A DNA stretch of 40,025 nt from an uncultured Gemmatimonadota bacterium. Its GTDB lineage: Bacteria > GCA-2686955. The position numbers and the translations under genes are program-made. The notes under the pieces are model-generated. The model saw only the letters and a list, made by a program, of their open reading frames with translations. It had not been told where the DNA came from and ran no database searches. The stretch covers positions 1 through 40,025 of the forward strand of contig CAZBBK010000055.1 of the NCBI GenBank assembly GCA_964490075.1. Reading direction: 5' to 3'. The stretch's first letter is position 1. Each line of letters opens with the position of its first letter. Positions 18,117 through 26,494 of the stretch are shown here, piece after piece.

Positions 18117-18701
18117 GTGTATGCGCGAAACCGGTTGGCGGCACTCGCCACGGCGGGGTTGGTGGCCCAGGGCGCAAGCGCCAATCCAGTCCTCGAGTAC
18201 TACCTCGACCTGATGGGCGATCCCCAGACCCAGGAGGTCCCCGAAGACGGCTCCGACTGGCTGGAGATCTACAATCGCTACGGCACGATCCACCACCAGC
18301 AGGAGTACCTGGACAGCGACTTCGACGGACTGATCTCCTCGGGAGACGAGATCATCTTCTCCGGCGGCCCAGACCCCTTCGAGGTGCTCGGCGTGTTCCC
18401 CTCCTATCACCTGAACGGCGGCGAGATGGTCTTCCTCTCGACCAGCTTCGATCCGCCCCCGAATCCGGTCGGTGAGACCTGGATGTTGATCCACCCGAGC
18501 TTCGGATCGACGCACCTGGTCGAAGCGTGGCTGGACGTCAACGACAACGACATCTTCGACGCCGGCGACGATCTCTACATCGACGGAGTGCGGTACTCGG
18601 TGCACCAGATCGGGCTCAACGCTTCCGGCTACTTCACCCAGGGGGCCGCGCAACGGAGCTCTTGGTCTCGCATCAAGCAATGGCTGGGCGGCCGGCGCTG
18701 A
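18117..18701 (+). CDS. Secreted hypothetical protein with duplicated DxDxDG-like repeat and C-terminal SWSRIK tail
   Basis: AAGGAGG RBS plus GTG; signal peptide ending ASA-N; two internal repeats. Confidence 0.75.
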   Translation: MYARNRLAALATAGLVAQGASANPVLEYYLDLMGDPQTQEVPEDGSDWLEIYNRYGTIHHQQEYLDSDFDGLISSGDEIIFSGGPDPFEVLGVFPSYHLNGGEMVFLSTSFDPPPNPVGETWMLIHPSFGSTHLVEAWLDVNDNDIFDAGDDLYIDGVRYSVHQIGLNASGYFTQGAAQRSSWSRIKQWLGGRR

Positions 18702-19306
18702 AGAGCGCGCTCGCGATTGCGGCGCCGGTGGGGATCATCTGCGCCGTCTCGGGTTGCTCGAAGGGGCGCCCGGGCGCAGAGCGCGATGCCCCGCGTTTCG
18801 TCGCCGAGCGGGTGCGCATCGTGGTGCTCGACGATTCTCTGGAGGTCAGCGGGCACTACACCTTCGTCGCGGCGCCGCCGGGCGCGAGGGCGATCCCCAT
18901 GCTCTACCCCTACCCCTCCGACAGCCTGCTCGGCGGAGCGACCACGATCGAGCTGGCACTTCGCGAGCAGGGCGGCGGATGGTCGCCGATCGCCTTCGCC
19001 GAGAAGCCGCGTCTGCCGGGGGCTCGATGGTTGATCCCTCCTGTCGCCAGCGACACCTTCGAGGTTCGCACCCGCTACCGGCAGCAGCGGCGTGCCGACT
19101 GCCTGCGCTATATCACCACCACGACACGAACCTGGGGCGCGCCGCTGACACGGGCACGTTTCGAGATCGTGCTGCCGGCCGACGCCGTCGATCCGTGTTT
19201 CAGCCACGACTTCGAGCGGGTCGACGAACGTGCGCCCTACGTCTACCAGGCACGGCCTTTCGCCGGAGAGCGAGATATCGTCGCGACCTGGTCTCGCCGG
19301 GAGTAG
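18680..19306 (+). CDS. Hypothetical lipoprotein (DUF4424-like)
   Basis: Lipobox AVSGC; FVAERVRI...VSGHYTF; YITTTTRTWGAPLTRARFEI; start uncertain. Confidence 0.55.
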   Translation: MAGRPALKSALAIAAPVGIICAVSGCSKGRPGAERDAPRFVAERVRIVVLDDSLEVSGHYTFVAAPPGARAIPMLYPYPSDSLLGGATTIELALREQGGGWSPIAFAEKPRLPGARWLIPPVASDTFEVRTRYRQQRRADCLRYITTTTRTWGAPLTRARFEIVLPADAVDPCFSHDFERVDERAPYVYQARPFAGERDIVATWSRRE

Positions 19307-19316
19307 CGGGCTCCGC

Positions 19317-21284
19317 TCAGCCCCCCGACATCCGCCGCTCCGCGCCGGCGAAATCGAGCTCCAACCACTCGTCCTGGCGCTCGATGCGGATCGGATCCTG
19401 GCCGAAGCTCGTGCGGCAGTAGGGATTGTCGAAACGATCGTCGTGGTGGATCTGGACCGGCCGGCCGTCGATCTTGAGGCGCGTTCGCCAGCCCACCTTC
19501 ATCTTGCCCTGTGACGGGGAGTGATAGGTGACACGTTTTCCCAGCACCTTCACTTCTGCCGCAACGATGTCGTCGACGAACTCGTCGAAGGTGCCGTCGG
19601 TGGTCCGGCAGCCCATCTCGCAGATCCAGGTGTTGCTGGTCCCGTCGGCGATCAGGTCCTTCCCCGCCCACTCCCCGGTCTCGTTCCAATGGGTGGGACG
19701 ATTGGAGAACAGGGCCAGGTAGGCGTCGCCCTTGCGGCCCAGGGTCCACTTGTCGATGGCGCGCACTTCGTCGAAATGCTGCCGCGGGAAGTAGGCGTGG
19801 GTAAAGGGCAGCACCAGGGTCGGCACGATCAGGGAGGCGGGCCGCCACTCGTAGAGCACGATCGCGACGTTCTCCGCCTGCACCACTTTGGGCATCCAGC
19901 CGCCGGTCCAGTAGCCCGGCGTGCGCCCTTCCAGCGAGCCCGGATGGGAGGTGAAGACGACGGCGTCCAGATCGATGGTGGCCTGCCAGAGGTGGGTCTG
20001 GAAACCGAGCTGTCCGGGGCGCTGGTCCTGCGCGCAGGCGAGCATGTAGTCGGGGCGGCGGTAGGTGTAGGTATCGACCCGCGAGAGCACCGAGCCGCTG
20101 GTTGCGTTTTGGGCGAGAAAGGAGAGGGCGGGCAGCAGACCCAGCTCGTAGAGCGGCACCAGGTCGGCGAAGGGGGCGAAGAACTCGTTCTCCCAGAGAT
20201 CGTAGGCCTCGGCGGTCGCGAAGGTCAGATCGACCACTTGCCAGGCCGCGTAGGCGCCCATCCCCCACCAACGGATGGCGGATTCCGGGCTCTGGAAGTC
20301 CAGGTCGAAGTCGGCCGCGTCGGCAAAGCGCAGGCTCATGCGCTCGCGATCGATCAGCTCATCGGGCTGGTCGGCGGCGATGTCCCGAATCACCCGAGGC
20401 GGACGGTAGCGACGGCTGGTCGCCAGCGACACCGCGCTGCGGCTGCCACGGCTGTTGTAGATCCCTTCGCCGGAGACCAGGCGCGACACACAGGCCGTCG
20501 ACTCGCGGCGTCCGCCGGTCACGTGCTCGGAATAGGCGCGGCCGTGCGAGACACCGAACATGCCGCGGTGGGAGTTGAGGCCGATGTCGAAATGCAGCAG
20601 ATCGAGCACCATCGCCGCACGCACGGCGATCTCGGGATCGGGCGCGAAGTCGGCGAGGTTCTGCAGCGCCGCGAAGTCCTCGTCGTAGTAGACGTTGGAA
20701 TGCCACTCGCTGAAGCCGGCGCGGAAACGGTCTTCCAACCACTGCTCGATGCGCGCTCGGGCCTTGTCGGCGTGGTCCCGGCCGCTCATTCCGGCGTTGG
20801 GGAAGGTGGCATCCGGATAGAGGCTGCCGGCGAGATATTCGGCGGATGCGAAGAGGATCTGGTGATTCTCGCTCCAATAGACCATGCTGTCGGTGCCCGG
20901 CTCGTCGATCCAGTACTTGAAGCCCAAAAGCGTCTCTTCGATCTCGTCGCGCAGCAGAGGATCGAGCAGAGGATCGGCGGCATACTGATAGAGGATGCGC
21001 AGCAGCGCGGCGACCCGGAAGTCGGCGGTGTCGTTGCGGCCGGCGACGAAATCCAGAGCATCGCGAACGATGCTCTCGTCGATCGGTCCCACCCCCAGCT
21101 CCAGGCGGGCGAGCTGCGTCCACAAGCCTTCGCCGCCCAGCGAGTCTCCGTAGACGCAGATCTCCAGGTACTCGTGCAGGCGCGCGCCGTAGTCGTCTCG
21201 CGGGGCCTCCTGCCGGCCGATCCGCAGGGCCTCCGCCGCCATCGGGGACAGCACGCTCAGCAGAACGAGCAACAACATTTTCAT
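19317..21284 (-). CDS. Secreted uncharacterised protein, heparinase II/III-like (alpha-toroid plus beta-sandwich) candidate
   Basis: Signal peptide; WSENHQILF, GFSEWHSNVYY, HGRAY, QTHLWQA; ATGA overlap with the upstream GH gene. Confidence 0.65.
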   Translation of the reverse strand: MKMLLLVLLSVLSPMAAEALRIGRQEAPRDDYGARLHEYLEICVYGDSLGGEGLWTQLARLELGVGPIDESIVRDALDFVAGRNDTADFRVAALLRILYQYAADPLLDPLLRDEIEETLLGFKYWIDEPGTDSMVYWSENHQILFASAEYLAGSLYPDATFPNAGMSGRDHADKARARIEQWLEDRFRAGFSEWHSNVYYDEDFAALQNLADFAPDPEIAVRAAMVLDLLHFDIGLNSHRGMFGVSHGRAYSEHVTGGRRESTACVSRLVSGEGIYNSRGSRSAVSLATSRRYRPPRVIRDIAADQPDELIDRERMSLRFADAADFDLDFQSPESAIRWWGMGAYAAWQVVDLTFATAEAYDLWENEFFAPFADLVPLYELGLLPALSFLAQNATSGSVLSRVDTYTYRRPDYMLACAQDQRPGQLGFQTHLWQATIDLDAVVFTSHPGSLEGRTPGYWTGGWMPKVVQAENVAIVLYEWRPASLIVPTLVLPFTHAYFPRQHFDEVRAIDKWTLGRKGDAYLALFSNRPTHWNETGEWAGKDLIADGTSNTWICEMGCRTTDGTFDEFVDDIVAAEVKVLGKRVTYHSPSQGKMKVGWRTRLKIDGRPVQIHHDDRFDNPYCRTSFGQDPIRIERQDEWLELDFAGAERRMSGG

Positions 21285-22441
21285 CGCTCGGCCTCCGCGA
21301 CTTCGGCCAGGAGCAGCAGCGAAGCCCCCACCCCCCACTTGCGGTCGGGCCAGGTGGGGATGGCGACGTAACCCCAGTAGCCGCTGGGATTGGTGCCGAT
21401 CGAGGCGCCCACCACCCGCGCCCGACCCTGGTCGTCGGCGAAGAGCCGAGCGCGGATCGCGCCAATGCCGAGGCGCAGCTGCTCGCGATCAGGCGCCGGC
21501 GCGAGCCCGGCACGGGCCGCGAGGATTGCGGCCTCGACGATCAGTGCCGTGGCGGTGGTCTCGGTGTAGTTCAGCGGACCGTCGGGCCGGTCGACCACCG
21601 TCCACCAATGCCCGCTGGCCGAATCCTGCAAGTCGAAGAGGCGCTCGAGGCAGCTCTCCAGTCGACGTCGGGCCGGCTCGTGCTCCGGCAGGCTCGGCGA
21701 AGCGATCTCCAGCACTCGGGCGAGGGCCGCCACCGCCCAACCGTTGCCGCGTCCCCAGAAGGCGTCGTTGTGATGGCGCCAGGGCGTGGCCCAGGGCGAG
21801 AGCAGCCCGTTCTGGTCCCAGCCATGCCAGTAGAGGGCCGCGCTTTCGGAGTAGAGATTGCCCGCCAATAGCTGATGCTGGCGCAGGGCTTCCTCTACGT
21901 AATCGTCGCGACCCAGGTAGCGACCATATCCCGCCAGAAAGACCGTGGTCATGAAAAGCGTATCGACGTACTGCAGGTCCACGACCGGGAAGTGGAGCCA
22001 GCCTCCTTCCCGGGCACGGGGCGCGTCGAACATCAACCACTCGGCCAGCCGATCGCAGACCGCGGCGTAGCGGGCGTCGCCGCTGAGCTGGAGCATTCCC
22101 AGCGTGGCGATGCCCGGCGCGATCCGGTCGGGATAGAGCAGAAGCTGGTCGAGCTCTCCCTGCGCATCGATGTGGGCGTCGAGAAAACGGGCGACGTAGT
22201 CGCCGTAGCCGGCGTCTCCGCTGACCTGACCCGCCCGCAGCAGGCCGTAGGCGCAGATCCCTTCGCCCCAACTCCAACGCCAGCGCTCGGGATGGGGCCA
22301 GAGGTCGACCACCGAGTCCGCCAGCCAGACCAGGTCGTCGCCGGCGGTCCGGGCCGGACGAGAGTCGCTTGCCGGCGCCAGCGTGGCCAGCTGGCAGCCG
22401 AGCAGCGCGGTGATCAGCATCGTCGTAGTGGATGAGCGCAA
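21281..22441 (-). CDS. GH88/GH105 unsaturated uronyl hydrolase
   Basis: WSWGEG, YVDTLFM, LYWHGWD, FWGRGNGW, QDSASGHWWTVVD, YTETTATA; start TTG 22441 or ATG 22420. Confidence 0.85.
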   Translation of the reverse strand: MRSSTTTMLITALLGCQLATLAPASDSRPARTAGDDLVWLADSVVDLWPHPERWRWSWGEGICAYGLLRAGQVSGDAGYGDYVARFLDAHIDAQGELDQLLLYPDRIAPGIATLGMLQLSGDARYAAVCDRLAEWLMFDAPRAREGGWLHFPVVDLQYVDTLFMTTVFLAGYGRYLGRDDYVEEALRQHQLLAGNLYSESAALYWHGWDQNGLLSPWATPWRHHNDAFWGRGNGWAVAALARVLEIASPSLPEHEPARRRLESCLERLFDLQDSASGHWWTVVDRPDGPLNYTETTATALIVEAAILAARAGLAPAPDREQLRLGIGAIRARLFADDQGRARVVGASIGTNPSGYWGYVAIPTWPDRKWGVGASLLLLAEVAEAER

Positions 22442-22482
22442 GTCGGGCTCGCTTTCTGCGCGGCCTTCGAATCCCAGCCGGT

Positions 22483-23208
22483 CTATCGAGGTTTCGGCAG
22501 CAACATGCCGGCGCGCGCACGGTAGGCGTCCCAGGTGGGATGGCGCGACATCGATGCTTCTTTGAGCAGGATATTGGTGGAGAAGAGCGTGGACCAGACG
22601 AAGAGCAGCACTGCCCAGGGGATCCAGTGCCCGACGATCAGGGCGTAGGCGCTGTAGAGCATCATCTCGCCCAGGTAGTTGGGGTGGCGGACGCGGGCGA
22701 AGAGGCCGTCGTCGATCAGCCCGGGGCGCGTGCGCAGCAGGAAGTACTTCTGGCAGTCGGCGGTCATCATCAGGACCACACCGAGGGTGTGCAGGGCGAC
22801 CGCGCCGCCGAGCAGAGCGGGCGCGGGCTCCGGGCGGGGGCCGAGCACGTCGGAGATCAGCAGATAGGGGAACGACCAGTAGGCCGCCAGCAGCAGTGCC
22901 GTGGCCACCGCGGCGCCCACCGTGATGCGTTGGTCCCAGCTCCGATCGGGGAAGGCCAGGTGCTTGAGCAGCCAGCACAGCCCGTAGCTGCCGTGCAGCG
23001 CCAGGTAGACCCAGGCGGCCGCGGAGTCGTTGCGGTAGTAGAGCATGAGGGCGGCCACGAAGGGCGCCGTTCCCCCTTTTTGCAGATTGATCACCCACGA
23101 TGTCTTGAGCAGGCGGGGCCCGCCCCCCAGGTCGCGCGACAGGTGATCGTTGAAGCGGCCGATCGCGGCCGCCAGCGGATGGGGGCGTCGCCCTCCGTTC
23201 TGAGTCAT
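22483..23208 (-). CDS. DUF1295 / steroid 5-alpha-reductase-like membrane protein
   Basis: INLQKG, YLALHGSYG, ADCQKYF, GLFARVRHPNYLGEMMLY, KEASMSR. Confidence 0.8.
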   Translation of the reverse strand: MTQNGGRRPHPLAAAIGRFNDHLSRDLGGGPRLLKTSWVINLQKGGTAPFVAALMLYYRNDSAAAWVYLALHGSYGLCWLLKHLAFPDRSWDQRITVGAAVATALLLAAYWSFPYLLISDVLGPRPEPAPALLGGAVALHTLGVVLMMTADCQKYFLLRTRPGLIDDGLFARVRHPNYLGEMMLYSAYALIVGHWIPWAVLLFVWSTLFSTNILLKEASMSRHPTWDAYRARAGMLLPKPR

Positions 23209-23327
23209 GTCGATACCTCCACGGCAAAGCGTACACGAGGCGGGGTCACGGGCGCGACGGCCGGGCTACAATGAGCCGCCGGGCCAGCGGATCGGTCGCG
23301 GCGCCTCCCTCATCGGCAACACCACCC

Positions 23328-24170
23328 ATGTCCGACACCATCTCCGAGCTGCTCGAGCGAACCCTCGTGGTCCCCGGGATCGCCCGCGCCTTCGACTCCC
23401 TGGGGCTGCCGGAGGAGGGCTACGACCAGTGGGGATTCAATGCCGAGCAGAGCCGGCTCTGGTACTCCCTGGCCTATCCGATCTACCGCTACTTCCGCCC
23501 GCGCGTCCACGGCGTCGAGAACATCCCGCCGGGACGGGTCCTGATCGCCGGCAACCACTCCGGCCAGCTGCCTTTCGACGGCATCGTGATCGCGCTCTCG
23601 ACCTTGCTCGAAGCCGATCCGCCGCGGCTCCTGCGCCCCATGGTCGAGCGCTGGGTGCCGACACTTCCGGTGATCAACGAGATCTTCAGCCGGACCGGAG
23701 TGGCGCTCGGAGACCCGATCAACTGTCGCAACCTGCTGGAGGCAGACAACGCCATTCTGGTCTTCCCCGAAGGAGCCCGGGGACTGGGCAAGACCTCGGA
23801 GCTGCGCTACCGTCTCGAGTCCTTCGGGCGCGGCTTCATGCGCCTGGCGCTGCAGACCGGCAGCCCCATCGTTCCGGTCGCCGTGGTGGGGGCCGAGGAA
23901 GCGCTGCTGAGCATCCACAACGCCAGCACCCTGGCGCGAGTCCTGAAGTTCCCGTACTTCCCGATTCCCCCTCTGCTGCCGATCCTGGGGCCCCTGGCCT
24001 ACCTGCCCCTGCCGGCGAGATTCCATCTCTACTACGGAGAGCCGATGCACTTCGAGGGACCCTTCGACGACGAGGATCCGGTCATCGACGAAAAGGTGCG
24101 CCAGGTTTCCGAGCGGATCGAGTCGCTGATCGCCCGCGGACTGGCCGAGCGCCAGACGGTGTTCGGCTGA
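23328..24170 (+). CDS. Lysophospholipid acyltransferase (PlsC/LPLAT family)
   Basis: GNHSGQLPFD, LVFPEG, FGRGFMRLA, PIVPVAVVGAEE. Confidence 0.88.
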   Translation: MSDTISELLERTLVVPGIARAFDSLGLPEEGYDQWGFNAEQSRLWYSLAYPIYRYFRPRVHGVENIPPGRVLIAGNHSGQLPFDGIVIALSTLLEADPPRLLRPMVERWVPTLPVINEIFSRTGVALGDPINCRNLLEADNAILVFPEGARGLGKTSELRYRLESFGRGFMRLALQTGSPIVPVAVVGAEEALLSIHNASTLARVLKFPYFPIPPLLPILGPLAYLPLPARFHLYYGEPMHFEGPFDDEDPVIDEKVRQVSERIESLIARGLAERQTVFG

Positions 24171-25123
24171 TGGGAAGCGACACTCCGCGGGCGCTGGTCA
24201 CCGGGATCAAGGGAGGACTGGCGCAAATCGTCGCCAACAAGCTGAGCGCGCGCGGCTATCGGTGCATCGGCGTCGACTACCGGCCGCTGGAGACAGTACC
24301 CGAGGGTCTCGAAGAGTGCTATCAGGCCAACTACAACAAGACCCGAATCGAGGACATCTTCCGCAAGCACCGACCCACCCATGTCTTTCACCTGGGGCGG
24401 GTCGGCAATCTCAAGGAGAAGATGGGCAAACGCTTCGATCTGAACGTGATCGGCAGCCGCAAAGTGATGGATCTGGCGCTGAAGTACCAGGCGCGGCGCC
24501 AGGTGGTACTGTCGACCTTCCATATCTACGGCGCTCATCCCCACAATCATATTCCGATCTACGAAGACGATCCGCTGCGCGCCGGCAGCGCCTTTCCACA
24601 GATCGCCGATGCGATCCAACTCGACAATCAGGCCATCGCCTGGCTCTATCGCAACCGTGAGGTCGGCACGGTGGTGGTGCGTCCGTCCAACGTGATCGGA
24701 CCCGACATCGGCAACGAGATGAGCAAGACGCTGCGCGCCCCGCTGGTCCCGGTGATGTTCGGCTTCAGCCCTATGGTCCAGTTCGTGCACCAGGACGACC
24801 TCTCCGACGCCGTCATCGTCGCCGCCGAAGGCTCCACGGCCGGTGTCTACAACGTGACCGGAGTCGGATCGCTGCCCTGGCGCGACAGCGTGGGGGTGGC
24901 GGGCGCCCGACAGGTGCCGATTCTGGCGAGCCTGGCCACCAGCTACCTGCGCGCGGCGGGCCTCTTCACGCGCACCCTTCCCCCCTACATGGTGAACTTC
25001 TTGAAATTCCCTTGCGTGGTCTCCGACGCCGCGCTTCGGCGGGATTTCGACTGGGCACCGCGGATCGAACAGGTGGCGGCGATTCGCGATACGGTGGCCG
25101 AGGTTCGGGGACCGTCGTTCTGA
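24170..25123 (+). CDS. NAD-dependent epimerase/dehydratase (extended SDR)
   Basis: ALVTGIKGGLA, FHLG, LSTFHIYG, QFVHQDD; TGA/ATG overlap. Confidence 0.85.
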   Translation: MGSDTPRALVTGIKGGLAQIVANKLSARGYRCIGVDYRPLETVPEGLEECYQANYNKTRIEDIFRKHRPTHVFHLGRVGNLKEKMGKRFDLNVIGSRKVMDLALKYQARRQVVLSTFHIYGAHPHNHIPIYEDDPLRAGSAFPQIADAIQLDNQAIAWLYRNREVGTVVVRPSNVIGPDIGNEMSKTLRAPLVPVMFGFSPMVQFVHQDDLSDAVIVAAEGSTAGVYNVTGVGSLPWRDSVGVAGARQVPILASLATSYLRAAGLFTRTLPPYMVNFLKFPCVVSDAALRRDFDWAPRIEQVAAIRDTVAEVRGPSF

Positions 25124-25198
25124 TCGATGCCTCGCATCCACAATCGGGATACTCTGAGAGCTTCTTCTCTTCCATCGCCTGATACCGAGCCAACCGCC

Positions 25199-26494
25199 AT
25201 GCGCATCACGACTGTCCAACCCGTCTATCGACCCGCGATCGGCGGCTGCGAGATCTACAGCCACGCACTGGTCAGCCGCCTGCGCGAACGCCACACGGTG
25301 CGGGTGATCACCGTTCTCAATCGCCAGGAAGACAAGCTCGCCCACCCCGATCTGTGGCGCAATTGTCTGCTGCACGCCACGCGCGGCGGCCAGCGTGACG
25401 AGGTCGACGGAGTGCCGGTGCACCTGGTGTCGCTGTCGGCGCTGGAGCGGCGGCTCTGCTACCCGATGCTGCGCGGCTACCGACACTTCGAAACCGCGGC
25501 GATGGCGCTGATCGAGCGTCTCTTCGCCGCCAAGATCGCGCCGCTGATCGAAGACTCCGACATCGTCCACGTGATGCACGGAGGCGTGTCGTTCCTGGGG
25601 CGGGCGGCGCAGCGCGCGGCGGCCGCTCGTGGCATCCCCTTCTACTTCACTCCGGTCCTGCACGAGTATCACGGCTGGGACCATCTGCTCCGCGATGGAG
25701 CAGGAGCGAAGGGGGGCCGGCAACACTTCGGCGAGCAGATCCCCTACGTGCGCAAGATGCCCGCGACCTACCACGATCGCTACTGGGCGGAGCTGGCCAG
25801 GAGCGCCGACGGTGTCATCGCTCTGACCGATCACGAGAAAGGGATCCTGGTCCGCGAAGGGGTGGCCGAAGAGCGAATCCACGTCACCGGGATCGGACCG
25901 GTGGTCGCTGCGGGTGGACCCTCGCGCGACGAGCTGCGGCGCCGCCACGGCATCGGCGACGCGCCGCTGGTGCTCTTTCTGGGTCGCAAGCACGAGCTGA
26001 AGGGGGTGGTGGAGATCCTGCAGGCCGCCGAGAAGGTCTGGGAGCGCTTCCCTGAGGCGCGCTTCGCCTTCGTCGGTCCGGTCGAAGGCAGCACCGAGGC
26101 GGCGCTGTCGCGCTACGCCGACCACCCCGGCGTGATCGATCTGCCGGAGGTGTCGGACGCCGAGAAGAGCGGCTGGTACCGAGCCTGCGATCTCTTCGTG
26201 AGCCCCTCGGTGCACGAGAGCCTGGGTGGCGTCTTCCTGGAGGCGTGGACCTTCGGCCGGCCGATCGTCGGCGGCGACATTCCGCCGGTGCGCGAGATCT
26301 CGATGAGCGGGCGGACCGGCATCCTGGTGTCGCGACGCGATCCGGGGCAGATCGCGGAGGCGGTCCTGCGTCTCGTGTCTGACCCCGACGAGGCGGCCAG
26401 ACTGGGGGCGCTGGGCGCGGAACGGGTGCGCACGCGCTATAGCTGGGAGCACATCGTGGAGCGAACCGAGTCGGCGTTCGGCGCCACGTCCTAG
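25199..26494 (+). CDS. Glycosyltransferase family 4
   Basis: YRPAIGGCE, LFLGRKHELKG, PSVHESLGGVFLEAW, YSWEH. Confidence 0.9.
   Translation: MRITTVQPVYRPAIGGCEIYSHALVSRLRERHTVRVITVLNRQEDKLAHPDLWRNCLLHATRGGQRDEVDGVPVHLVSLSALERRLCYPMLRGYRHFETAAMALIERLFAAKIAPLIEDSDIVHVMHGGVSFLGRAAQRAAAARGIPFYFTPVLHEYHGWDHLLRDGAGAKGGRQHFGEQIPYVRKMPATYHDRYWAELARSADGVIALTDHEKGILVREGVAEERIHVTGIGPVVAAGGPSRDELRRRHGIGDAPLVLFLGRKHELKGVVEILQAAEKVWERFPEARFAFVGPVEGSTEAALSRYADHPGVIDLPEVSDAEKSGWYRACDLFVSPSVHESLGGVFLEAWTFGRPIVGGDIPPVREISMSGRTGILVSRRDPGQIAEAVLRLVSDPDEAARLGALGAERVRTRYSWEHIVERTESAFGATS

Noticed and set aside
21281-23236. 651-aa ORF as a long fused glycoside hydrolase
   Set aside because: The N-terminal ~260 aa are an alternate frame of the DUF1295 gene; the real start is near 22441/22420
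24032-26452. 806-aa antisense ORF and similar long shadows (4376-5980, 19521-21371, 2298-3971, 28686-30047, 32501-34258)
   Set aside because: They overlap well-supported genes and are Arg/Ala/Gly-rich without motifs, as expected from high-GC codon bias
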